A DNA stretch of 64,000 nucleotides. Origin: Amphiscolops sp. MND2022 (Eukaryota). Of the stretch, positions 38,301 to 51,680 are shown piece by piece. Location of the stretch: assembly GCA_964187785.1 (NCBI GenBank), contig OZ076412.1:39928001-39992000 (forward strand), in the 5' to 3' direction. A program made the position numbers and the translations under genes. Each line of letters starts with the position of its first letter. Position 1 is the first letter of the stretch. The notes under the pieces are model-generated. The model was not told where the DNA came from, searched no databases, and was given only the letters and a program-made list of their open reading frames with translations.

Positions 38301-41300
38301 AAGATGTTTGTTCTAGCTTAGTAATCCCATTTGTAGCCAGTCTTTTGTCTACAACATGGCTGCAACTTCAAGATTTGTCAGTTGTCAAACCTCGGATTTA
38401 GCATCACGGACCAATGGATGGTGACTGTCTTTTTTCTTCGTTGGCAATCACAGCGACCAAATCTTACTTGCGCACTAAGATATGTAATTTCCTTCCAGTA
38501 TGCAATACTGCTCATTTTTTGGAAATACTTTATTGGCAAGTATGGGCGGCTGGAATCTGAAACATGCGCGGATGTCGAAATCCTGCTATGGCACGACGTT
38601 GTCAGTAATAGCATTTCAAAGCATCCCTATCAGGCTACAGAGCCCTTGTCAATGCACGAATTTAAAGAAGAGGTGCAAATAATCAGTGGAAAGTAGTTGT
38701 TGGATTTTCTTAGATGCCAAGAAAAGATTTGCAAACAAACCTAAATTGGGACGATTTAGCCGAGTTTGGCTTTATAAAGCTGTAACCGATTCTCTCAGAT
38801 CGACACAGATATTTTCAAAAATGAAATTCATTTGGATCCCAAGCTTGAGCTTCATATGGTGAAGCGTGTGTTATTCAGCGAAGGCGTAGACAGCCTTATG
38901 ATATGCAGACGGAACATAAAAAAGTATAAAAATTATTGATACTATTTTGGTGAACATACTGTGGGTGATAAACTTTACCGTGTTATCATTACATTGTAGG
39001 TCAAACAATGAACCTACTTTGCTTGGGCAATGACCCCAGCAACCCAATTTTCGAAGTGTACAGAAGTCTTGAGGTCATTGAAGACGCTGTCCCGAACCTA
39101 CTCCAATTTCCTATAGTAACCAACCCTCTAACAACAGCGCTCACGGAATTCAACATGAACAAGGTAACACTGAGTTTTATTCGAGGCAACATTATGTCTC
39201 CCACTTGCAGTGGGTTTTTACGCGACCGACGTATAAGCAAGACAACGAATTGCCCTCGTATTCAGAAGTCTGCAGTTTCTTCTTGGGCGCTAACCTGCAG
39301 AAATTTCCAATAGGCATTGCTTATTTGGAAGATGATCATTCTCGGGAGAACAGTTCCAATGTTTCCAGCTTTCGAAAATCTTCTGCGCAAATGGAACTCT
39401 TGCTTTACCTGCCAGTCAAACTAAATCTGCGAAATCCAGATGTAAGCTGAATAGTTACCCGCACTTGTAGATGTGGTTGTCCATCAACCCGTCAATGCAA
39501 TAGCGCCGTATGAAACGTCCAGTACCTTTCTTACCTCCAATAGTCGTGATAAGGTACGACAAGCTAGTTGTAGCAATAAAGGAGATGTTGAAATTTCAAA
39601 AAATATTAGCATCATTCATCAACAGTTGGGCTTGGATGTTGGTGCCTTTACATTATATTCGGTTGATACATCGGGAACAGTAGCTAGTGTAGCACCATCC
39701 TCATACAAAGATGTTTGTTCTAGCTTAGTAATCCCATTTGTAGCCAGTCTTTTGTCTACAACATGGCTGCAACTTCAAGATTTGTCAGTTGTCAAACCTC
39801 GGATTTAGCATCACGGACCAATGGATGGTGACTGTCTTTTTTCTTCGTTGGCAATCACAGCGACCAAATCTTACTTGCGCACTAAGATATGTAATTTCCT
39901 TCCAGTATGCAATATTGCTCATTTTTTGGAAATACTTTATTGGCAAGTATGGGCGGCTGGAATCTGAAACATGCGCGGATGTCGAAATCCTGCTATGGCA
40001 CGACGTTGTCAGTAATAGCATTTCAAAGCATCCCTATCAGGCTACAGAGCCCTTGTCAATGCACGAATTTAAAGAAGAGGTGCAAATAATCAGTGGAAAG
40101 TAGTTGTTGGATTTTCTTAGATGCCAAGAAAAGATTTGCAAACAAACCTAAATTGGGACGATTTAGCCGAGTTTGGCTTTATAAAGCTGTAGCCGATTCT
40201 CTCAGATCGACACAGAGATATTTTCAAAAATGAAATTCATTTGGATCCCAAGCTTGAGCTTCATATGGCGAAGCGTGTGTTATTCAGCGAAGGCGTAGAC
40301 AGCCTTATGATATGCAGACGGAACATAAAAAAGTATAAAAATTATTGATACTATATTGGTGAACATACTGTGGGTGATAAACTTTACCGTGTTATCATTA
40401 CATTGTAGGTCCAACAATGAACCTACTTTGCTTGGGCAATGACCGCAGCAACCCAATTTTCGAAGTGTACAGAAGTCTTGAGGTCATTGAAGACGCTGTC
40501 CCGAACCTACTCCAATTTCCTATAGTAACCAACCCTCTAACAACAGCGCTCACGGAATTCAACATGAACAAGGTAACACTGAGTTTTAATCGAGGCAACA
40601 TTATGTCTCCCACTTGCAGTGGGTTTTTACGCGACCGCCGTAAAAGCAAGACAACGAATTGCCCTCGTATTCAGAAGTCTGCAGTTTCTTCTTGGGCGCT
40701 AACCTGCAGAAATTTCCAATAGGCATTGCTTATTTGGAAGATGATCATTCTCGGGAGAACAGTTCCAATGTTTCCAGCTTTCGAAAATCTTCTGCGCAAA
40801 TGGAACTCTTGCTTTACCTGCCAGTCAAACTAAATCTGAGAAATCCAGATGTAAGCTGAATAGTTACCCGCACTTGTAGATGTGGTTGTCCATCAACCCG
40901 TCAATGCAATAGCGCCGTATGAAACGTCCAGTACCTTTCTTACCTCCAATAGTCGTGATAAGGTACGACAAGCTAGTTGTAGCAATAATGCAGATGTTGA
41001 AATTTCAGAAAATATTAGCATCATTCATCAACAGTTGGGCTTGGATGTTGGTGCCTTTACATTATATTCGGTTAATACATCGGGAACAGTAGCTAGTGTA
41101 GCACCATCCTCATACAAAGATGTTTGTTCTAGCTTAGTAATCCCATTTGTAGCCAGTCTTTTGTCTACAACATGGCTGCAACTTCAAGATTTGTCAGTTG
41201 TCAAACCTCGGATTTAGCATCACGGACCAATGGATGGTGACTGTCTTTTTTCTTCGTTGGCAATCACAGCGACCAAATCTTACTTGCGCACTAAGATATG

Positions 41301-44300
41301 TAATTTCCTTCCAGTATGCAATACTGCTCATTTTTTGGAAATACTTTATTGGCAAGTATGGGCGGCTGGAATCTGAAACATGCGCGGATGTCGAAATCCT
41401 GCTATGGCACGACGTTGTCAGTAATAGCATTTCAAAGCATCCCTATCAGGCTACAGAGCCCTTGTCAATGCACGAATTTAAAGAAGAGGTGCAAATAATC
41501 AGTGGAAAGTAGTTGTTGGATTTTCTTAGATGCCAAGAAAAGATTTGCAAACAAACCTAAATTGGGACGATTTAGCCGAGTTTGGCTTTATAAAGCTGTA
41601 GCCGATTCTCTCAGATCGACACAGATATTTTCAAAAATGAAATTCATTTGGATCCCAAGCTTGAGCTTCATATGGTGAAGCGTGTGTTATTCAGCGAAGG
41701 CGTAGACAGCCTTATGATATGCAGACGGAACATAAAAAAGTATAAAAATTATTGATACTATTTTGGTGAACATACTGTGGGTGATAAACTTTACCGTGTT
41801 ATCATTACATTGTAGGTCAAACAATGAACCTACTTTGCTTGGGCAATGACCCCAGCAACCCAATTTTCGAAGTGTACAGAAGTCTTGAGGTCATTGAAGA
41901 CGCTGTCCCGAACCTACTCCAATTTCCTATAGTAACCAACCCTCTAACAACAGCGCTCACGGAATTCGACATGAACAAGGTAACACTGAGTTTTATTCGA
42001 GGCAACATTATGTCTCCCACTTGCAGTGGGTTTTTACGCGACCGACGTATAAGCAAGACAACGAATTGCCCTCGTATTCAGAAGTCTGCAGTTTCTACTT
42101 GGGCGCTAACCTGCAGAAATTTCCAATAGGCATTGCTTATTTGGAAGATGATCATTCTCGGGAGAACAGTTCCAATGTTTCCAGCTTTCGAAAATCTTCT
42201 GCGCAAATGGAACTCTTGCTTTACCTGCCAGTCAAACTAAATCTGAGAAATCCAGATGTAAGCTGAATAGTTACCCGCACTTGTAGATGTGGTTGTCCAT
42301 CAACCCGTCAATGCAATAGCGCCGTATGAAACGTCCAGTACCTTTCTTACCTCCAATAGTCGTGATAAGGTACGACAAGCTAGTTGTAGCAATAATGCAG
42401 ATGTTGAAATTTCGAAAAATATTAGCATCATTCATCAACAGTTGGGCTTGGATGTTGGTGCCTTTACATTATATTCGGTTGATACATCGGGAACAGTAGC
42501 TAGTGTAGCACCATCCTCATACAAAGATGTTTGTTCTAGCTTAGTAATCCCATTTGTAGCCAGTCTTTTGTCTACAACATGGCTGCAACTTCAAGATTTG
42601 TCAGTTGTCAAACCTCGGATTTAGCATCACGGACCAATGGATGGTGACTGTCTTTTTTCTTCGTTGGCAATCACAGCGACCAAATCTTACTTGCGCACTA
42701 AGATATGTAATTTCCTTCCAGTATGCAATATTGCTCATTTTTTGGAAATACTTTATTGGCAAGTATGGGCGGCTGGAATCTGAAACATGCGCGGATGTCG
42801 AAATCCTGCTATGGCACGACGTTGTCAGTAATAGCATTTCAAAGCATCCCTATCAGGCTACAGAGCCCTTGTCAATGCACGAATTTAAAGAAGAGGTGCA
42901 AATAATCAGTGGAAAGTAGTTGTTGGATTTTCTTAGATGCCAAGAAAAGATTTGCAAACAAACCTAAATTGGGACGATTTAGCCGAGTTTGGCTTTATAA
43001 AGCTGTAGCCGATTCTCTCAGATCGACACAGATATTTTCAAAAATGAAATTCATTTGGATCCCAAGCTTGAGCTTCATATGGCGAAGCGTGTGTTATTCA
43101 GCGAAGGCGTAGACAGCCTTATGATATGCAGACGGAACATAAAAAAGTATAAAAATTATTGATACTATTTTGGTGAACATACTGTGGGTGATAAACTTTA
43201 CCGTGTTATCATTACATTGCAGGTCAAACAATGAACATACTTTGCTTGGGCAATGACCCCAGCAACCCAATTTTCGAAGTGTACAGAAGTCTTGAGGTCA
43301 TTGAAGACGCTGTCCCGAACCTACTCCAATTTCCTATAGTAACCAACCCTCTAACAACAGCGCTCACGGAATTCAACATGAACAAGGTAACACTGAGTTT
43401 TATTCGAGGCAACATTATGTCTCCCACTTGCAGTGGGTTTTTACGCGACCGACGTATAAGCAAGACAACGAATTGCCCTCGTATCCAGAAGTCTGCAGTT
43501 TCTTCTTGGGCGCTAACCTGCAGAAATTTCCAATAGGCATTGCTTATTTGGAAGATGATCATTCTCGGGAGAACAGTTCCAATGTTTCCAGCTTTCGAAA
43601 ATCTTCTGCGCAAATGGAACTCTTGCTTTACCTGCCAGTCAAACTAAATCTGAGAAATCCAGATGTAAGCTGAATAGTTACCCGCACTTGTAGATGTGGT
43701 TGTCCATCAACCCGTCAATGCAATAGCGCCGTATGAAACGTCCAGTACCTTTCATACCTCCAATAGTCGTGATAAGGTACGACAAGCTAGTTGTAGCAAT
43801 AATGCAGATGTTGAAATTCCAAAAAATATTAGCATCATTCATCAACAGTTGGGCTTGGATGTTGGTGCCTTTACATTATATTCGGTTGATACATCGGGAA
43901 CAGTAGCTAGTGTAGCACCATCCTCATACAAAGATGTTTGTTCTAGCTTAGTAATCCCATTTGTAGCCAGTCTTTTGTCTACAACATGGCTGCAACTTCA
44001 AGATTTGTCAGTTGTCAAACCTCGGATTTAGCATCACGGACCAATGGATGGTGACTGTCTTTTTTCTTCGTTGGCAATCACAGCGACCAAATCTTACTTG
44101 CGCACTAAGATATGTAATTTCCTTCCAGTATGCAATATTGCTCATTTTTTGGAAATACTTTATTGGCAAGTTTGGGCGGCTGGAATCTGAAACATGCTCG
44201 GATGTCGAAATCCTGCTATGGCACGACGTTGTCAGTAATAGCATTTCAAAGCATCCCTATCAGGCTACAGAGCCCTTGTCAATGCATGAATTTAAAGAAG

Positions 44301-47300
44301 AGGTGCAAATAATCAGTGGAAAGTAGTTGTTGGATTTTCTTAGATGCCAAGAAAAGATTTGCAAACAAACCTAAATTGGGACGATTTAGCCGAGTTTGGC
44401 TTTATAAAGCTGTAGCCGATTCTCTCAGATCGACACAGATATTTTCAAAAATGAAATTCATTTGGATCCCAAGCTTGAGCTTCATATGGCGAAGCGTGTG
44501 TTATTCAGCGAAGGCGTAGACAGCCTTATGATATGCAGACGGAACATAAAAAAGTATAAAAATTATTGATACTATTTTGGTGAACATACTGTGGGTGATA
44601 AACTTTACCGTGTTATCATTACATTGTAGGTCAAACAATGAACCTACTTTGCTTGGGCAATGACCCCAGCAACCCAATTTTCGAAGTGTACAGAAGTCTT
44701 GAGGTCATTGAAGACGCTGTCCCGAACCTACTCCAATTTCCTATAGTAACCAACCCTCTAACAACAGCGCTCACGGAATTCAACATGAACAAGGTAACAC
44801 TGAGTTTTATTCGAGGCAACATTATGTCTCCCACTTGCAGTGGGTTTTTACGCGACCGACGTATAAGCAAGACAACGAATTGCCCTCGTATCCAGAAGTC
44901 TGCAGTTTCTTCTTGGGCGCTAACCTGCAGAAATTTCCAATAGGCATTGCTTATTTGGAAGATGATCATTCTCGGGAGAACAGTTCCAATGTTTCCAGCT
45001 TTCGAAAATCTTCTGCGCAAATGGAACTCTTGCTTTACCTGCCAGTCAAACTAAATCTGAGAAATCCAGATGTAAGCTGAATAGTTACCCGCACTTGTAG
45101 ATGTGGTTGTCCATCAACCCGTCAATGCAATAGCGCCGTATGAAACGTCCAGTACCTTTCTTACCTCCAATAGTCGTGATAAGGTACGACAAGCTAGTTG
45201 TAGCAATAATGCAGATGTTGAAATTTCGAAAAATATTAGCATCATTCATCAACAGTTGGGCTTGGATGTTGGTGCCTTTACATTATATTCGGTTGATACA
45301 TCGGGAACAGTAGCTAGTGTAGCACCATCCTCATACAAAGATGTTTGTTCTAGCTTAGTAATCCCATTTGTAGCCAGTCTTTTGTCTACAACATGGCTGC
45401 AACTTCAAGATTTGTCAGTTGTCAAACCTCGGATTTAGCATCACGGACCAATGGATGGTGACTGTCTTTTTTCTTCGTTGGCAATCACAGCGACCAAATC
45501 TTACTTGCGCACTAAGATATGTAATTTCCTTCCAGTATGCAATATTGCTCGTTTTTTGGAAATACTTTATTGGCAAGTTTGGGCGGCTGGAATCTGAAAC
45601 ATGCGCGGATGTCGAAATCCTGCTATGGCACGACGTTGTCAGTAATAGCATTTCAAAGCATCCCTATCAGGCTACAGAGCCCTTGTCAATGCATGAATTT
45701 AAAGAAGAGGTGCAAATAATCAGTGGAAAGTAGTTGTTGGATTTTCTTAGATGCCAAGAAAAGATTTGCAAACAAACCTAAATTGGGACGATTTAGCCGA
45801 GTTTGGCTTTATAAAGCTGTAGCCGATTCTCTCAGATCGACACAGATATTTTCAAAAATGAAATTCATTTGGATCCCAAGCTTGAGCTTCATATGGCGAA
45901 GCGTGTGTTATTCAGCGAAGGCGTAGACAGCCTTATGATATGCAGACGGAACATAAAAAAGTATAAAAATTATTGATACTATTTTGGTGAACATACTGTG
46001 GGTGATAAACTTTACCGTGTTATCATTACATTGTAGGTCAAACAATGAACCTACTTTGCTTGGGCAATGACCCCAGCAACCCAATTTTCGAAGTGTACAG
46101 AAGTCTTGAGGTCATTGAAGACGCTGTCCCGAACCTACTCCAATTTCCTATAGTAACCAACCCTCTAACAACAGCGCTCACGGAATTCAACATGAACAAG
46201 GTAACACTGAGTTTTATTCGAGGCAACATTATGTCTCCCACTTGCAGTGGGTTTTTACGCGACCGACGTATAAGCAAGACAACGAATTGCCCTCGTATCC
46301 AGAAGTCTGCAGTTTCTTCTTGGGCGCTAACCTGCAGAAATTTCCAATAGGCATTGCTTATTTGGAAGATGATCATTCTCGGGAGAACAGTTCCAATGTT
46401 TCCAGCTTTCGAAAATCTTCTGCGCAAATGGAACTCTTGCTTTACCTGCCAGTCAAACTAAATCTGAGAAATCCAGATGTAAGCTGAATAGTTACCCGCA
46501 CTTGTAGATGTGGTTGTCCATCAACCCGTCAATGCAATAGCGCCGTATGAAACGTCCAGTACCTTTCATACCTCCAATAGTCGTGATAAGGTACGACAAG
46601 CTAGTTGTAGCAATAATGCAGATGTTGAAATTCCAAAAAATATTAGCATCATTCATCAACAGTTGGGCTTGGATGTTGGTGCCTTTACATTATATTCGGT
46701 TGATACATCGGGAACAGTAGCTAGTGTAGCACCATCCTCATACAAAGATGTTTGTTCTAGCTTAGTAATCCCATTTGTAGCCAGTCTTTTGTCTACAACA
46801 TGGCTGCAACTTCAAGATTTGTCAGTTGTCAAACCTCGGATTTAGCATCACGGACCAATGGATGGTGACTGTCTTTTTTCTTCGTTGGCAATCACAGCGA
46901 CCAAATCTTACTTGCGCACTAAGATATGTAATTTCCTTCCAGTATGCAATATTGCTCATTTTTTGGAAATACTTTATTGGCAAGTTTGGGCGGCTGGAAT
47001 CTGAAACATGCGCGGATGTCGAAATCCTGCTATGGCACGACGTTGTCAGTAATAGCATTTCAAAGCATCCCTATCAGGCTACAGAGCCCTTGTCAATGCA
47101 CGAATTTAAAGAAGAGGTGCAAATAATCAGTGGAAAGTAGTTGTTGGATTTTCTTAGATCCCAAGAAAAGATTTGCAAACAAACCTAAATTGGGACAATT
47201 TAGCCGAGTTTGGCTTTATAAAGCTGTAGCCGATTCTCTCAGATCGACACAGGGATATTTTGAAAAATGAAATTCATTTGGATCCCAAGCTTGAGCTTCA

Positions 47301-50300
47301 TATGGCGAAGCGTGTGTTATTCAGCGAAGGCGTAGACAGCCTTATGATATGCAGACGGAACATAAAAAAGTATAAAAATTATTGATACTATTTTGGTGAA
47401 CATACTGTGGGTGATGAACTTTACCGTGTTATCATTACATTGTAGGTCAAACAATGAACCTACTTTGCTTGGGCAATGACTGCAGCAACCCAATTTTCGA
47501 TGTGTACAGAAGTCTTGAGGTCATTGAAGACGCTGTCCCGAACCTACTCCAATTTCCTATAGTAACCAACCCTCTAACAACAGCGCTCACGGAATTCAAC
47601 ATGAACAAGGTAACACTGAGTTTTATTCGAGGCAACATTATGTCTCCCACTTGCAGTGGGTTTTTACGCGACCGTCGTATAAGCAAGACAACGAATTGCC
47701 CTCGTATTCAGAAGTCTGCAGTTTCTTCTTGGGCGCTAACCTGCAGAAATTTCCAAAAGGCATTGCTTATTTGGAAGATGATCATTCTCGGGAGAACAGT
47801 TCCAATGTTTCCAGCTTTCGAAAATCTTCTGCGCAAATGGAACTCTTGCTTTACCTGCCAGTCAAACTAAATCTGAGAAATCCAGATGTAAGCTGAATAG
47901 TTACCCGCACTTGTAGATGTGGTTGTCCATCAACCCGTCAATGCAATAGCGCCGTATGAAACGTCCAGTACCTTTCTTACCTCCAATAGTCGTGATAAGG
48001 TACGACAAGCTAGTTGTAGCAATAATGCAGATGTTGAAATTTCAGAAAATATTAGCATCATTCATCAACAGTTGGGCTTGGATGTTGGTGCCTTTACATT
48101 ATATTCGATTGATACATCGGGAACAGTAGCTAGTGTAGCACCATCCTCATACAAAGATGTTTGTTCTAGCTTAGTAATCCCATTTGTAGCCAGTCTTTTG
48201 TCTACAACATGGCTGCAACTTCAAGATTTGTCAGTTGTCAAACCTCGTATTTAGCATCACGGACCAATGGATGGTGACTGTCTTTTTTCTTCGTTGGCAA
48301 TCACAGCGACCAAATCTTACTTGCGCACTAAGATATGTAATTTCCTTCCAGTATGCAATATTGCTCATTTTTTGGAGAAATACTTTATTGGCAAGTATGG
48401 GCGGCTGGAATCTGAAACATGCGCGGATGTCGAAATCCTGCTATGGCACGACGTTGTCAGTAATAGCATTTCAAAGCATCCCTATCAGGCTACAGAGCCC
48501 TTGTCAATGCACGAATTTAAAGAAGAGGTGCAAATGATCAGTGGAAAGTAGTTGTTGGATTTTCTTAGATGCCAAGAAAAGATGTGCAAACAAACCTAAA
48601 TTGGGACGATTTAGCCGAGTTTGGCTTTATAAAGCTGTAGCCGATTCTCTCAGATCGACTCAGAGATATTTTGAAAAATGAAATTCATTTGGATCCCAAG
48701 CTTGAGCATCATATGGCGAAGCGTGTGTTATTCAGCGAAGGCGTAGACAGCCTTATGATATGCAGACGGAACATAAAAAAGTATAAAAATTATTGATACT
48801 ATTTTGGTGAACATACTGTGGGTGATGAACTTTACCGTGTTATCATTACATTGTAGGTCAAACAATGAACCTACTTTGCTTGGGCAATGACTGCAGCAAC
48901 CCAATTTTCGATGTGTACAGAAGTCTTGAGGTCATTGAAGACGCTGTCCCGAACCTACTCCAATTTCCTATAGTAACCAACCCTCTAACAACAGCGCTCA
49001 CGGAATTCAACATGAACAAGGTAACACTGAGTTTTATTCGAGGCAACATTATGTCTCCCACTTGCAGTGGGTTTTTACGCGACCGTCGTATAAGCAAGAC
49101 AACGAATTGCCCTCGTATTCAGAAGTCTGCAGTTTCTTCTTGGGCGCTAACCTGCAGAAATTTCCAAAAGGCATTGCTTATTTGGAAGATGATCATTCTC
49201 GGGAGAACAGTTCCAATGTTTCCAGCTTTCGAAAATCTTCTGCGCAAATGGAACTCTTGCTTTACCTGCCAGTCAAACTAAATCTGAGAAATCCAGATGT
49301 AAGCTGAATAGTTACCCGCACTTGTAGATGTGGTTGTCCATCAACCCGTCAATGCAATAGCGCCGTATGAAACGTCCAGTACCTTTCTTACCTCCAATAG
49401 TCGTGATAAGGTACGACAAGCTAGTTGTAGCAATAATGCAGATGTTGAAATTTCAGAAAATATTAGCATCATTCATCAACAGTTGGGCTTGGATGTTGGT
49501 GCCTTTACATTATATTCGATTGATACATCGGGAACAGTAGCTAGTGTAGCACCATCCTCATACAAAGATGTTTGTTCTAGCTTAGTAATCCCATTTGTAG
49601 CCAGTCTTTTGTCTACAACATGGCTGCAACTTCAAGATTTGTCAGTTGTCAAACCTCGTATTTAGCATCACGGACCAATGGATGGTGACTGTCTTTTTTC
49701 TTCGTTGGCAATCACAGCGACCAATCTTACTTGCGCACTAAGATATGTAATTTCCTTCCAGTATGCAATATTGCTCATTTTTTGGAGAAATACTTTATTG
49801 GCAAGTATGGGCGGCTGGAATCTGAAACATGCGCGGATGTCGAAATCCTGCTATGGCACGACGTTGTCAGTAATAGCATTTCAAAGCATCCCTATCAGGC
49901 TACAGAGCCCTTGTCAATGCACGAATTTAAAGAAGAGGTGCAAATGATCAGTGGAAAGTAGTTGTTGGATTTTCTTAGATGCCAAGAAAAGATGTGCAAA
50001 CAAACCTAAATTGGGACGATTTAGCCGAGTTTGGCTTTATAAAGCTGTAGCCGATTCTCTCAGATCGACTCAGAGATATTTTGAAAAATGAAATTCATTT
50101 GGATCCCAAGCTTGAGCATCATATGGCGAAGCGTGTGTTATTCAGCGAAGGCGTAGACAGCCTTATGATATGCAGACGGAACATAAAAAAGTATAAAAAT
50201 TATTGATACTATTTTGGTGAACATACTGTGGGTGATGAACTTTACCGTGTTATCATTACATTGTAGGTCAAACAATGAACCTACTTTGCTTGGGCAATGA

Positions 50301-51680
50301 CTGCAGCAACCCAATTTTCGATGTGTACAGAAGTCTTGAGGTCATTGAAGACGCTGTCCCGAACCTACTCCAATTTCCTATAGTAACCAACCCTCTAACA
50401 ACAGCGCTCACGGAATTCAACATGAACAAGGTAACACTGAGTTTTATTCGAGGCAACATTATGTCTCCCACTTGCAGTGGGTTTTTACGCGACCGTCGTA
50501 TAAGCAAGACAACGAATTGCCCTCGTATTCAGAAGTCTGCAGTTTCTTCTTGGGCGCTAACCTGCAGAAATTTCCAAAAGGCATTGCTTATTTGGAAGAT
50601 GATCATTCTCGGGAGAACAGTTCCAATGTTTCCAGCTTTCGAAAATCTTCTGCGCAAATGGAACTCTTGCTTTACCTGCCAGTCAAACTAAATCTGAGAA
50701 ATCCAGATGTAAGCTGAATAGTTACCCGCACTTGTAGATGTGGTTGTCCATCAACCCGTCAATGCAATAGCGCCGTATGAAACGTCCAGTACCTTTCTTA
50801 CCTCCAATAGTCGTGATAAGGTACGACAAGCTAGTTGTAGCAATAATGCAGATGTTGAAATTTCAGAAAATATTAGCATCATTCATCAACAGTTGGGCTT
50901 GGATGTTGGTGCCTTTACATTATATTCGATTGATACATCGGGAACAGTAGCTAGTGTAGCACCATCCTCATACAAAGATGTTTGTTCTAGCTTAGTAATC
51001 CCATTTGTAGCCAGTCTTTTGTCTACAACATGGCTGCAACTTCAAGATTTGTCAGTTGTCAAACCTCGTATTTAGCATCACGGACCAATGGATGGTGACT
51101 GTCTTTTTTCTTCGTTGGCAATCACAGCGACCAATCTTACTTGCGCACTAAGATATGTAATTTCCTTCCAGTATGCAATATTGCTCATTTTTTGGAGAAA
51201 TACTTTATTGGCAAGTATGGGCGGCTGGAATCTGAAACATGCGCGGATGTCGAAATCCTGCTATGGCACGACGTTGTCAGTAATAGCATTTCAAAGCATC
51301 CCTATCAGGCTACAGAGCCCTTGTCAATGCACGAATTTAAAGAAGAGGTGCAAATGATCAGTGGAAAGTAGTTGTTGGATTTTCTTAGATGCCAAGAAAA
51401 GATGTGCAAACAAACCTAAATTGGGACGATTTAGCCGAGTTTGGCTTTATAAAGCTGTAGCCGATTCTCTCAGATCGACTCAGAGATATTTTGAAAAATG
51501 AAATTCATTTGGATCCCAAGCTTGAGCATCATATGGCGAAGCGTGTGTTATTCAGCGAAGGCGTAGACAGCCTTATGATATGCAGACGGAACATAAAAAA
51601 GTATAAAAATTATTGATACTATTTTGGTGAACATACTGTGGGTGATAAACTTTACCGTGTTATCATTACATTGTAGGTCA
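26322..51680 (+). repeat. Homogeneous core: 18 head-to-tail copies of a 1407-1411 bp unit
   Basis: MNLLCLG-type ORF starts at 27732, 29143, 30554, 31965, 33373, 34781, 36192, 37601, 39008, 40417, 41824, 43231, 44638, 46045, 47454, 48865 and 50275. The first copy starts at 26322 without the short junction. Confidence 0.98.

Noticed and set aside
26322-51680. Array as a CRISPR locus or a repeat-spacer system
   Set aside because: Units are ~1.4 kb and homologous over their whole length. There are no unique spacers, no cas genes, and the context is eukaryotic and spliced.
26322-51680. rDNA, 5S, snRNA, SL-RNA or histone tandem cluster
   Set aside because: I recognised no such conserved sequence in the monomer, which is explained by decayed protein-coding modules. 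An Rfam scan would be the formal test.
47454-51680. Whole array as an assembly artefact
   Set aside because: Units carry ordered, block-shared SNPs and indels and the edges diverge. The exact copy number of near-identical neighbours such as 48865/50275 still needs read support.
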